37,595 nt of DNA from the UHGV virus genome UHGV-0051534. One strand, given 5' to 3'. The stretch is from a virus. The position numbers and the translations under genes are program-made. The notes under the pieces are model-generated. The model did no database searches. It saw only the letters and a list, made by a program, of their open reading frames with translations, and was not told where the DNA came from. Position 1 is the first letter of the stretch. Each line of letters opens with the position of its first letter. This document shows, piece by piece, positions 16,268 to 25,771 of this stretch.

Positions 16268-16963
16268 ATGAATTTATTTGAGCGTTTGCTGTATCGCCGT
16301 CTTTGCAATGAGCAACCAGTCGATGGTGGAGCAGCTCCGGCTGCGTCAGAACCGTCAGCGCCTGCAGGTGATAACCCTGCTCCAGTTGGTGATCCATCAC
16401 AACAGGAAGGTGATAAGCCACAACCTGTTGCTGATGGCGATAAACCTGCTGATGACAAAAAGCCTGAAAACGATAAGCAGGATGAAAAAAAGGACGGCGA
16501 TAAACCAGAGGGTGCGCCTGAGAAGTACGAGTTTCAGGCTGCCGAAGGCGTAGAGCTGGATACAGAAGCGTTGAAGGAGTTCGAGCCGGTGGCGCGAGAA
16601 CTTAACCTGACCAACGAGCAAGCGCAAAAGCTGGTTGATGCTTATCCGAAGATTCTGGCAGGTGTGCAGCAGCGCCAGGCAGAAGCCTGGCAGAAAACAA
16701 CCGAGCAGTGGGCTGCTGATGTAAAAGCTGACAAAGAAATCGGTGGCGACAAGTTGATTTCTAACCTTAGCGCCGCACAGCGTGCGCTTGACCAGTTCGG
16801 GACACCTGAACTCAAAGAATATCTGAACACCACCGGGCTGGGTAATCACCCTGATCTGGTCAAAACGTTCGTGAAAATCGGAAAGGCGATGTCTGAAGAT
16901 GGCATGGTCACCGGTGGTAATGAAGGCCAGCGTAGTGCGGCCGAAGTGCTCTATGGCAAATAA
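16268..16963 (+). CDS. putative scaffolding protein
   Basis: 231 aa from ATG 16268; acidic, Pro/Ala/Asp/Lys-rich low-complexity N-terminal half, helical C-terminal half; lies between portal and capsid genes. Confidence 0.55.
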   Translation: MNLFERLLYRRLCNEQPVDGGAAPAASEPSAPAGDNPAPVGDPSQQEGDKPQPVADGDKPADDKKPENDKQDEKKDGDKPEGAPEKYEFQAAEGVELDTEALKEFEPVARELNLTNEQAQKLVDAYPKILAGVQQRQAEAWQKTTEQWAADVKADKEIGGDKLISNLSAAQRALDQFGTPELKEYLNTTGLGNHPDLVKTFVKIGKAMSEDGMVTGGNEGQRSAAEVLYGK

Positions 16964-16977
16964 GAGAGGAAATGACA

Positions 16978-17964
16978 ATGGCTGTTAAAGGCTTAACTGC
17001 GCTAACGCTGGCTGACTGGGGTAAGCGCGTCGATCCAAACGGGAAAGTCGATAAGATTATCGAGCTTCTCGGTCAAACTAACCCGATCCTTCAGGATATG
17101 CCTTTTGTCGAAGGGAACCTTCCTACCGGACACCGAACCACCATTCGTTCTGGTTTACCTTCAGCTACCTGGCGTTTGCTGAACTATGGCGTACAGCCAA
17201 GCAAATCAACCACAGTGCAGGTAACCGATTACGTTGGCATGCTGGAAACCTATGCTGAAGTCGATAAGTCACTGGCTGATCTGAACGGCAATACCGCCGA
17301 ATTCCGCCTGTCTGAAGACCGCGCATTTATTGAAGCGATGAATCAGCAGATGGCGCAGACGCTGTTTTATGGTGATTCCAGCGTTAACCCTCAGCAGTTT
17401 ATGGGACTGTCCTCCCGCTATTCCAGCCTGTCTGCAGGTAATGCTCAGAACATCATTGATGCTGGTGGCACGGGTACAGATAACACCTCAATCTGGTTAG
17501 TGGTGTGGGGCGAAAACACCGTGCATGGCATCTTCCCGAAAGGGCAGAAGGCTGGCATTCAGATGGAAGATAAAGGCCAGGTGACACTGGAAGATGCTAA
17601 TGGCGGCAAGTACGAAGGCTACCGTACCCATTACAAATGGGACAACGGACTTGCTCTGCGTGACTGGCGTTATGTTGTTCGCATTGCAAACATCGATGTC
17701 AGCAATCTTTCAGAACCTTCCTCTGCCGCAAATATTGCGAAGTTGATGGTTAAAGCACTGCATCGCATTCCAAATCGTGGCATGGGTCGCCCGGTGTTCT
17801 ACATGAACCGCACTGTAGGCCAGGCTCTTGATCTGCAATCTCTGGAGAAAACATCTCTGGCGATCAGCGTAAAAGAGACAGAAGGCGAGTGGTGGACTTC
17901 ATTCCGTGGTGTACCAATCCGTGAAACTGATGCGCTTCTGGAAACAGAAGCCCGCGTGGTGTAA
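16978..17964 (+). CDS. major capsid protein
   Basis: 328 aa from ATG 16978 with AGGA RBS; size and position after scaffold; followed by a strong terminator two genes downstream. Confidence 0.75.
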   Translation: MAVKGLTALTLADWGKRVDPNGKVDKIIELLGQTNPILQDMPFVEGNLPTGHRTTIRSGLPSATWRLLNYGVQPSKSTTVQVTDYVGMLETYAEVDKSLADLNGNTAEFRLSEDRAFIEAMNQQMAQTLFYGDSSVNPQQFMGLSSRYSSLSAGNAQNIIDAGGTGTDNTSIWLVVWGENTVHGIFPKGQKAGIQMEDKGQVTLEDANGGKYEGYRTHYKWDNGLALRDWRYVVRIANIDVSNLSEPSSAANIAKLMVKALHRIPNRGMGRPVFYMNRTVGQALDLQSLEKTSLAISVKETEGEWWTSFRGVPIRETDALLETEARVV

Positions 17965-18015
17965 CGCCTGTTATTAACCTGTGGGTCGTAACAGACCCAC
18001 TAATGGAGAAAGAAG

Positions 18016-18453
18016 ATGATCACCGACAAACTGTTGATGTTCTCCGAAGCTCAGGCGGTTACGAATACCGCGGCTTCTACTGACGTAATCGATCTCGGTC
18101 CAATTGACGGAAAACGTCGTGATATTGGCGTTGGTTACCCGCTTGAGTTTTGGGTGCTGGTTAACGAAGCCGCCACGGCAAGTGGTGAGGCAACTGTAAA
18201 CATCCAGTTGCAGACGAGTGAGAATAACAGCTCTTGGACCACTATTTATGATAGTGGTGCGTTGGCAAAGGCCACCCTGACAGCAGGTAAGCGAGTTGTT
18301 TCTGCAAAGGTGCCAGCCGGTGTTCAGCGATATCTGCGTGTTAACTACTCCGTCGCAACTGGCCCACTAACGGCCGGCAAATTCACTGCGGGTATCAGTC
18401 TGGATGTTGATGCCAATACGCCGTATCCGATCCGCTCAAAAGTAACTGGTTAA
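18016..18453 (+). CDS. virion structural protein (possible capsid decoration protein)
   Basis: 145 aa; beta-rich composition; directly follows the capsid gene. Confidence 0.4.
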   Translation: MITDKLLMFSEAQAVTNTAASTDVIDLGPIDGKRRDIGVGYPLEFWVLVNEAATASGEATVNIQLQTSENNSSWTTIYDSGALAKATLTAGKRVVSAKVPAGVQRYLRVNYSVATGPLTAGKFTAGISLDVDANTPYPIRSKVTG

Positions 18454-18463
18454 GGTGATATCG

Positions 18464-18799
18464 ATGTCAGGTGAGAAACCAAGATACCGCGTTCTGCGCC
18501 TCTCTCATATCCATAACACTCTGTGGCCGGAGGGGGCAGAAATCGAATACGAAGGTGAGCCTGGTAGCGCACTGGAACCTGTTAACGATGCAGCCAGACA
18601 GGCAAAAGCAAAAGTTGCAGGAAAGGTGTCAATGGCAGCAACCAGCACCAAAATCATCAACGATGTGTCAGATGATGGTGAACTGGATAAGCTCCGTGAA
18701 GAGTACGAATTGCTCTTTAACGAGAAGCCACACCATAACGCTAAAGCCGAAACGCTCCGCGAGAAGATCGCAGATAAGCGTAAAGAACTGGGCGTGTAA
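18464..18799 (+). CDS. hypothetical protein
   Basis: 111 aa from ATG 18464; charged helical C-terminus. Confidence 0.4.
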   Translation: MSGEKPRYRVLRLSHIHNTLWPEGAEIEYEGEPGSALEPVNDAARQAKAKVAGKVSMAATSTKIINDVSDDGELDKLREEYELLFNEKPHHNAKAETLREKIADKRKELGV

Positions 18800-18815
18800 G
18801 CCTCGCGAATCAGAC

Positions 18816-18838
18816 AAGGGGCTTCGGCCCCTTTATTG
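18816..18838 (+). terminator. rho-independent terminator after head genes
   Basis: Hairpin AAGGGGC-TTCG-GCCCCTT followed by TATT. Confidence 0.6.
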
Positions 18839-18849
18839 CAGGAGTGTAT

Positions 18850-19173
18850 ATGGAACTCGTAAACCTTAAAACCGGCACTGACAGCTACCAGGATGAGAGC
18901 GGAGAAACCAGAACTCGCGATGAATACCCGTGGGGGCTGTGCATCACTCTTAATAACGACACATTGAATAAGCTGAAGGCGCAACCTCAGGGCGTCGGAA
19001 CAGAAGTGATGATAACGGCAAAGGCTGTTATTCGAGGCCTGTCTGCCAGAGAAACTGACGATGGTGTTAATCGCAGCGCCGATCTGCAGATCACTGATAT
19101 GGCGATCGCTCCTGTTTCCGGGGATGTAGAAAAATCAGCGGCTGAAACTCTGTACGGCAATGGGGGGGAGTAA
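18850..19173 (+). CDS. hypothetical virion protein
   Basis: 107 aa from ATG 18850 with GGAG RBS. Confidence 0.4.
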   Translation: MELVNLKTGTDSYQDESGETRTRDEYPWGLCITLNNDTLNKLKAQPQGVGTEVMITAKAVIRGLSARETDDGVNRSADLQITDMAIAPVSGDVEKSAAETLYGNGGE

Positions 19174-19778
19174 TGGCCTCTGTAGTAGAGATCTGCAATC
19201 GTGCGTTGTCCAATATTGGCAACAGCCGCAGCATTAACAGCCTGACGGAAGCCAGCAAGGAAGCGGGGGAATGTTCGCTGCACTTTGAGGCCTGCCGTGA
19301 TGCTGTTCTTTCTGATTTTGACTGGAACTTTGCTACCAAACGCGTGGCGCTTGCAGATACGAGCAATCCACCGCCTGACTGGGAATACGCGTACCAGTAC
19401 CCGTCAGATTGTCTGCGCATTACTGAAATTATGCTTCCTGGTGTACGCAATCCAACAGCAGCAATGCGCGTTCAGTACGAAGTTGGTGCAGACACCAACG
19501 GAACAGGAAAGTTGATCTACACAGACCAGCCTCAGGCATGGCTCAAGTATGTCTCTCGCGTTACAGATGTGAACATGTTTGATGCCATTTTTATGGAGGC
19601 GTTGGCCTGGCGTCTTGCGGCAGCCATTAACATGGCGCTGACTGGGAATGCAGACCTCGGTACGTTTGCCCTCAATATGTACAATCGCGTGATTCTTAGT
19701 GCTGGCTCGCATAGCCAGAATGAATCACAGGAACCACAGCCACCGGTTGACGAGTTTACCATTGCGAGGTTGTCCTGA
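19173..19778 (+). CDS. tail tubular protein A / adaptor (T7 gp11-like)
   Basis: 201 aa; N-terminus VVEICNRALSNIGNSRSINSL parallels T7 gp11 AVNDILASIGEPPVSTL (recalled); followed by a gp12-sized gene. Confidence 0.5.
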   Translation: MASVVEICNRALSNIGNSRSINSLTEASKEAGECSLHFEACRDAVLSDFDWNFATKRVALADTSNPPPDWEYAYQYPSDCLRITEIMLPGVRNPTAAMRVQYEVGADTNGTGKLIYTDQPQAWLKYVSRVTDVNMFDAIFMEALAWRLAAAINMALTGNADLGTFALNMYNRVILSAGSHSQNESQEPQPPVDEFTIARLS

Positions 19779-22249
19779 TGGCTATCAGTTGGATCCAGCC
19801 CAGCTTTGCCGGTGGTGAGATTGGACCGTCGTTGTACGGTCGTATCGACATGGCGAAGTACCAGGTGGCATTGCGCAAGTGCGATAACTTTATCGTGCGG
19901 CAGTATGGCGGCGTTGAGAATCGACCTGGTACGCGTTTTGTCGGTGCCGCCAAATACCCAAATCGGAAATGCCGCCTGATCCCGTTCCAGTTCTCGACGG
20001 TTCAGACCTATGCTCTGGAGTTCGGACACCAGTACATGCGCGTTATCAAAGATGGTGCGTTGGTGCTGAACAGCAGCAATGTTATTTATGAAATTGCCAC
20101 GCCATATACTGAAGCTGATCTGTTCCGAATTAAATTCACGCAAAGCGCCGACGTGCTTACGCTGGTTCACCCGGCATACCCGCCGAAAGAGTTGCGCCGA
20201 TATGCTCATGACAACTGGCAACTGGTTGATGTGGTAACGAAGAACGGGCCATTTGAAGATATCAATATTGACGAGTCAGTGACGGTTTATGCCAGCGCCA
20301 GCACCGGGACAATTACGTTAACGGCAAGCGCCTCTATTTTTGGCGCGGAGCAGGTAGGCAAATTGTTCTATCTGGAACAGCCTGCAGTGGATTCAGTGCC
20401 GGTATGGGAAACCAGTAAGAGTACGTCGATTGGCGATATTCGCCGTGCAGACAGTAACTACTATCGCGCCGTTACAGCAGGCAAAACAGGTACTTTGCGC
20501 CCTTCGCATACAGAAGGCACATCATGGGATGGCTGGGGCGGATCCGGTGATGATGATACTGGCATTGAGTGGGAATATCTGCACAGTGGTTTTGGCATTG
20601 CCCGTATCACTGCTGCAAATGGAACTACTGCAACTGCCGAGGTGATTTCCTATATCCCTTCGCAGGTAGTTGGCGAGGATAATGCCAGCTATAAATGGGC
20701 TAAATATGCCTGGAACAGTGTTAATGGTTATCCTGGCACTGTTGTTTATTATCAACAACGTCTTTACTTCGCCGCATCGACTGCGTTCCCTCAGACTATC
20801 TGGGCCAGCCGTACCGGGGATTATAAGGATTTTGGCAAAAGCAATCCTACGCAGGATGACGACAGAATTATCTACACCTATGCCGGGCGTCAGGTTAATG
20901 AGATCCGCCACCTGATTGATGTCGGTTCGCTGGTGGCACTGACTTCCGGAGGTGAGTACGTCATCACCGGCGACCAGAACAAAGTGTTAACCCCATCATC
21001 ATTTGCATTCAGCTCTCAGGGATCAAATGGCTCTAGCAATGTCCCACCAATTGCCGTGGCGAATATTGCTCTGTTCGTCCAGGAGAAAGGCAGTGTTGTC
21101 CGTGATCTGGCCTACTCATTCGATGTTGACGGCTATCAGGGGAACGACCTGACCATCCTTGCCAATCATCTTTTTCAGAAGCACAGCATTGTTGACTGGT
21201 GCTTCTCTATTGTCCCTTACTCCAGCGCCTTCTGCATTCGTGATGACGGTAAATTACTGGTGATGACCTATTTGCGTGATCAGCAGGTTTTTGCATGGGC
21301 ACCACAATCCAGTACCGGAAAATATGAAAGCACATGCAGTATCAGCGAAGGAAATGAAGATGCGGTGTATTTCGTCGTTAACCGAACCGTTAACGGGCAA
21401 ACAGTGAGATACATCGAGCGACTGTCCAGCCGTTTATTTACCAGCGATGAAGATGCTTTCTTTGTTGATTCTGGCCTTAGCTATGATGGAAGAAATACGT
21501 CTGACAGAACGATGACCATCACTGGTGGTTCTGGCGAATGGGATTACCGCGCGGAATATACAATCAGTATTTCTGGTGGTGCGTACTTCACCAGTAGTGA
21601 TGTCGGTGCGCAACTACAGTTCCCTTATACCGGAACTGATCCTGATACTGGCGATGAAGTGTCAAAAGAATTACGTTGCGACATTATTTCTGTAACCAGC
21701 AACACCGCTGTAGTGGTTCGTGCTAACAGGAACGTCCCGCCATCCCTCAGGAATGTGGCCACCACGAACTGGCAGATGGCGCGCCGGGCATTTGGCGGCT
21801 TGTCTCATCTTGAAGGTCAGACCGTAAACATCCTCTCTGATGCGAACGTGGAACCACAGAAAGTAGTTTCCGGAGGTGCCGTCACGCTGGAATCACCGGG
21901 GGCTGTAGTGCACATCGGCCTGCCAATAACTGCTGAATTCGAAACACTGGATATCAACATTAACGGACAGGAAACGCTGCTGGACAAAAAACAGGTGATC
22001 CCATCCGTTACTCTGGTTGTGAATGCCAGCCGCGGCATCTGGGCGACTACGCCCGGCGGTAAATGGTACGAATATCCACAGCGTGAATTCGAGTTCTACG
22101 ATGATCCTGTTGATGACGCTACCGGAAAAGTAGAAGTGAAACTGGACAGTAACTGGGGCAAAAACGGACGTGTAAGAATCCGTCAGCTTGACCCGTTGCC
22201 GCTGTCTGTTCTTGCCGTTATTCCTCGTCTTACTGTTGGGGGATTCTGA
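19778..22249 (+). CDS. tail tubular protein B / nozzle (T7 gp12-like)
   Basis: 823 aa; size and position match gp12; N-terminus MAISWIQPSFAGGEIGPSLYGR follows the gp12-like pattern. Confidence 0.5.
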   Translation: MAISWIQPSFAGGEIGPSLYGRIDMAKYQVALRKCDNFIVRQYGGVENRPGTRFVGAAKYPNRKCRLIPFQFSTVQTYALEFGHQYMRVIKDGALVLNSSNVIYEIATPYTEADLFRIKFTQSADVLTLVHPAYPPKELRRYAHDNWQLVDVVTKNGPFEDINIDESVTVYASASTGTITLTASASIFGAEQVGKLFYLEQPAVDSVPVWETSKSTSIGDIRRADSNYYRAVTAGKTGTLRPSHTEGTSWDGWGGSGDDDTGIEWEYLHSGFGIARITAANGTTATAEVISYIPSQVVGEDNASYKWAKYAWNSVNGYPGTVVYYQQRLYFAASTAFPQTIWASRTGDYKDFGKSNPTQDDDRIIYTYAGRQVNEIRHLIDVGSLVALTSGGEYVITGDQNKVLTPSSFAFSSQGSNGSSNVPPIAVANIALFVQEKGSVVRDLAYSFDVDGYQGNDLTILANHLFQKHSIVDWCFSIVPYSSAFCIRDDGKLLVMTYLRDQQVFAWAPQSSTGKYESTCSISEGNEDAVYFVVNRTVNGQTVRYIERLSSRLFTSDEDAFFVDSGLSYDGRNTSDRTMTITGGSGEWDYRAEYTISISGGAYFTSSDVGAQLQFPYTGTDPDTGDEVSKELRCDIISVTSNTAVVVRANRNVPPSLRNVATTNWQMARRAFGGLSHLEGQTVNILSDANVEPQKVVSGGAVTLESPGAVVHIGLPITAEFETLDININGQETLLDKKQVIPSVTLVVNASRGIWATTPGGKWYEYPQREFEFYDDPVDDATGKVEVKLDSNWGKNGRVRIRQLDPLPLSVLAVIPRLTVGGF

Positions 22250-22713
22250 TGATCGATGTTCAAATTATTCCCGCCACCGAAGAGCATCTTCAGATGATTT
22301 TGCCGGATGTTCGTCAGGCTGATATTGACGAACTGTATGCGGTATCGCTGATGACTACCGAAGATGCGCTGCGTGTTGGTCTTCGCACTGCGACTATGGC
22401 CTGGTCAGGATTTGCGAACGGAGAACTGGTAACCATGTTTGGCGTATCTCCGGCGTCAATGATCGGTGGCAATGGTACGCCCTGGCTGGTAGGAACCAGC
22501 CGTATTGAAAAATATCAGAAGACATTTCTGCGCCACTGCCGCCCTGTATTGCAGCAGATGCTGGCAGTTTATCCGCGCCTGGAAAACTACGTCGACGAGC
22601 GAAACCATGTTGCCAAAGCATGGCTGCACTGGCTTGGATTCAGGCTTGAAGAAGCCGCGCCTTATGGTGCTCTTGGTCTTAATTTCCACAGATTTCACAT
22701 GGAGAGAAAATAA
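22249..22713 (+). CDS. hypothetical virion-associated protein
   Basis: 154 aa, coupled to the upstream gene. Confidence 0.4.
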   Translation: MIDVQIIPATEEHLQMILPDVRQADIDELYAVSLMTTEDALRVGLRTATMAWSGFANGELVTMFGVSPASMIGGNGTPWLVGTSRIEKYQKTFLRHCRPVLQQMLAVYPRLENYVDERNHVAKAWLHWLGFRLEEAAPYGALGLNFHRFHMERK

Positions 22714-23258
22714 TGTGCGATCCGGTTATTGCTGGTGGCGCAATGCTCGCCATGAGTGGCATTCAGGCATACACCCAGTACCAACAGGGAAAGTATGCCT
22801 CGAAGGTTGCAGAAGCGAACGCAGATATAGCCACAGCTCAGGCAAATGATGCAATAAACAGAGGTAACGCTGAAGCTGAGCAACGGCGCAGAGAGACCCG
22901 ACAGCGGCTTGGTACACAGGCGGCGACAATGGGGGCTACCGGCGCTGATTTATCTACAGGTAACGCGCTGGATATATTTGGCGACACTGCCCAGTTTGGC
23001 GCTCTTGATTCTCTGACGACGGTGAATAACGCGCAACGCGAGGCTTACGGTTATCAGGTTCAGGCTGCCAACTATAAAGCAGAAGCCAGTTCAGCCCGTA
23101 AACAGGGGAATGTGGGAGCAGCAACAACATTGCTCACTGCGCCTCTGAAGGCATACGGTGCGTACCAGATGTTTGGTGGGACGTGGAGTCCGTTTACTCA
23201 AAGCACTCCTGCGCCAATCGGGGCAGCAGCAGGAACCAGATTACCCGGAGGATTATAA
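22713..23258 (+). CDS. internal virion protein (gp14-like)
   Basis: 181 aa, Ala/Gln-rich low complexity typical of podovirus internal core proteins. Confidence 0.45.
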   Translation: MCDPVIAGGAMLAMSGIQAYTQYQQGKYASKVAEANADIATAQANDAINRGNAEAEQRRRETRQRLGTQAATMGATGADLSTGNALDIFGDTAQFGALDSLTTVNNAQREAYGYQVQAANYKAEASSARKQGNVGAATTLLTAPLKAYGAYQMFGGTWSPFTQSTPAPIGAAAGTRLPGGL

Positions 23259-25771
23259 TGCCAGTCGTACCAACAGTATCCGGACGTCAGGTTGAGAGCC
23301 GTGTAGTTCAGTCAGCAGGCTTGCAGACGTTTTCTCAGTCAGGTATTGGTGATGCTTTTGTTCTGGCAGGGGCAGAGACTATTGATGTTTTTGGTCAGGC
23401 AAAACAGCGTGCCAATATCGCTCTGGCTCAGGAGGCATCTCTTAACCTCAGTCAGATAAGCAGCGATCTGCTGAATAACCCTGAAACAGGGTTGCTTAAC
23501 CTGAAAGGGAAAAATGCTATTGGAAAAGGCCATGAGTATACGCAGCAGTTTGATGCTCAGGTCGAACAACTGGCTATGTCGCTGCCGGATGAACAGGCTC
23601 GTAATGCTTTCATGCAGCAGGCGCAGCAGCAGCGCATTCAGTTCACTACGCAGGCCGGGCGACACGAGATAGGGCAAATTAATGCCTACGAAGAAGGCCA
23701 GTTTCAGGCGACACTGCTGAACAATGGTAAAAATGCCGCAGCATTGTATGGCGACAACGCCGCATACGTATTGGCTAACAAACAAACTTTCCAGCAAATT
23801 GAGGAGTACGGTGTTGCACATGGCTGGAGCAACGAGCAAATCCAGGCCAAGAAAATCGAGTTTAAAGAGAAGGTTGCTGATGCTGCATTGTCCCAGTGGT
23901 CGGCAAACAATGCGACCGCATTCATCCAAAGTAATGGCGAGTTAAGTGATACTGCTGCTGGAGCTCGCCGTGCTGTAGCAGATAGTGACTCTTCCGAGCG
24001 TGCCCGTGGCATACGCAACAATAACCCAGGAAATCTCGAATACAGCAAAACTAATCCGTGGGTAGGCCAGACCGGTGATGATGGTCGATTTGCTAAATTC
24101 GAAACACCTGAACACGGGATTCGTGCATTAGGGCGGAACCTGATGTCGTATCAGAGGCAGGGTATTGATACCGTCAGCGAGATAATTAATCGCTGGGCAC
24201 CGCCTGCTGATAAAAATGACACTATGTCGTATATCAAAGCAGTGTGCGAACAACTTGGCGTTTCTGCTGATGAGCCTCTCGATGCATCTAATCCTGATAC
24301 CCTGAAGGCGCTTTGTGCAGCCATTATCCATCATGAGAACGGTAGCCAGCCATACAGTGATCAGCAGTTAACTGCTGGTGTCAGTGCAGCACTTGGTTTA
24401 TCAACAATTCCAACCAACACCAAACGCTATACCGGTAATGCAGCATTCGATGCGGCATCTCCTGAGGCGCAGGCAAGTTTTATGCGACAGGCGGATCAAC
24501 TGCGTCGGCAGCAGCAGGCTGAATATAAAACGATGATTGACAGCCAGGTTCGCGATGCGACAGCTGCGTATATGCGTGGCGTTGAATTTCCTAACCCACC
24601 TGGTGAGGCTGATTTTATTGCAGCTTATGGAGTAAGAGAAGGAAACCTGCGATATACCGAGTTCAGAAATACGCAAATCGCCGGACAGTATATAGGCTCT
24701 TTCCGCAACATGCCGACAAGCAGCATTACAGCATATGTTGAGCAATTACGCCCGGATACTGGCGAGACAGGGGAGGGTTATGCGGCACGAGCCGCTCTTT
24801 ATGACAACGTTGTGTCGGCTGCAAGTCAGGTGATAAAGCAGCGACAGGCTGATCCTGTACAGTTCTCTCTTGCCGCCGGACAGACAAAGCCTATCGACAT
24901 GAGCAATAAGGATAACTTTGGACAGAGCGTTGCCTTGCGTGCTGCTCAGGTCAGTGACCTTGCTAAGTCATATGGCACTCCACTGACGTTCTTTTCCAAA
25001 GACGAGGCCAATCAGATCGGTGTTTTCTTTCGTGATGCGCCCGTTTCCCAACAGGCAGCATATCTCGATACCATCAGGCAGAGCACTGGTGGTGGGCAGG
25101 TGTATATGTCAGCACTACAGCAGATCAGTGCCAACGCTCCATCTGCTGCCGTTGCCGGGATACTGATGGATAAGCCAGGTGGTATTTTGGCAGAAAAAAA
25201 CTGGTTTAATCCGGATGTTTCCGTGTCTCCTGAAACCGCTGCGCAGACAATTCTTGCTGGCGCGGCGGCTCGTAAAGGTACTGATGATGCGAAAGGTATT
25301 CCGATGCCTAAAGATGCTGATCTTCGCCTTGAGTTTTCTGACATGGTGAAGGATGCATTTGCTGGTGACGCTCAGGGGGCATCAATGGCATACGAGATCG
25401 CAAAGGATTATTACGCTGGTGTGATGGCGAAAAAAGGCGTGGTATCAGGCGAAATTGACAATGATGTCTGGAAACAGGCTGTTAACGTAGCTACAGGTGG
25501 CGTGCATGACTATAACGGAATGGGGAATGTCCTTTTGCCGTGGGGAATGTCTGCAGAGCAATTCGATAAGCAGGTTAATCAGGCTTGGAATGAACAAGTT
25601 GTCGGCTCCGGGATAAAAACACCGCCTGGTCAGTATGGTTTGCAAAGTTACGGCGATAGTCAGTACCTGGTGAAACTTGGTACTGGTTATCTGCTGAAAG
25701 ACGATGGTTCTCCCGTTGTTCTTAATCTGACACAGAAGCGTCAGAGATTCTCCGGAGATATTCCTCAATGA
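23258..25771 (+). CDS. internal virion / ejection protein
   Basis: 837 aa from ATG 23258 with GGAGG RBS; Gln/Ala-rich; contains segment RNNNPGNLEYSKTNPWVGQ...INRWAPPADKNDT of unverified function. Confidence 0.55.
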   Translation: MPVVPTVSGRQVESRVVQSAGLQTFSQSGIGDAFVLAGAETIDVFGQAKQRANIALAQEASLNLSQISSDLLNNPETGLLNLKGKNAIGKGHEYTQQFDAQVEQLAMSLPDEQARNAFMQQAQQQRIQFTTQAGRHEIGQINAYEEGQFQATLLNNGKNAAALYGDNAAYVLANKQTFQQIEEYGVAHGWSNEQIQAKKIEFKEKVADAALSQWSANNATAFIQSNGELSDTAAGARRAVADSDSSERARGIRNNNPGNLEYSKTNPWVGQTGDDGRFAKFETPEHGIRALGRNLMSYQRQGIDTVSEIINRWAPPADKNDTMSYIKAVCEQLGVSADEPLDASNPDTLKALCAAIIHHENGSQPYSDQQLTAGVSAALGLSTIPTNTKRYTGNAAFDAASPEAQASFMRQADQLRRQQQAEYKTMIDSQVRDATAAYMRGVEFPNPPGEADFIAAYGVREGNLRYTEFRNTQIAGQYIGSFRNMPTSSITAYVEQLRPDTGETGEGYAARAALYDNVVSAASQVIKQRQADPVQFSLAAGQTKPIDMSNKDNFGQSVALRAAQVSDLAKSYGTPLTFFSKDEANQIGVFFRDAPVSQQAAYLDTIRQSTGGGQVYMSALQQISANAPSAAVAGILMDKPGGILAEKNWFNPDVSVSPETAAQTILAGAAARKGTDDAKGIPMPKDADLRLEFSDMVKDAFAGDAQGASMAYEIAKDYYAGVMAKKGVVSGEIDNDVWKQAVNVATGGVHDYNGMGNVLLPWGMSAEQFDKQVNQAWNEQVVGSGIKTPPGQYGLQSYGDSQYLVKLGTGYLLKDDGSPVVLNLTQKRQRFSGDIPQ

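Noticed and set aside
16397-16978. 193-aa minus-strand ORF inside the scaffold gene
   Set aside because: Antisense shadow ORF with no independent start signals.
19532-20221. 229-aa minus-strand ORF overlapping the tail tube genes
   Set aside because: Antisense to coupled structural genes; no RBS and no recognisable motif.
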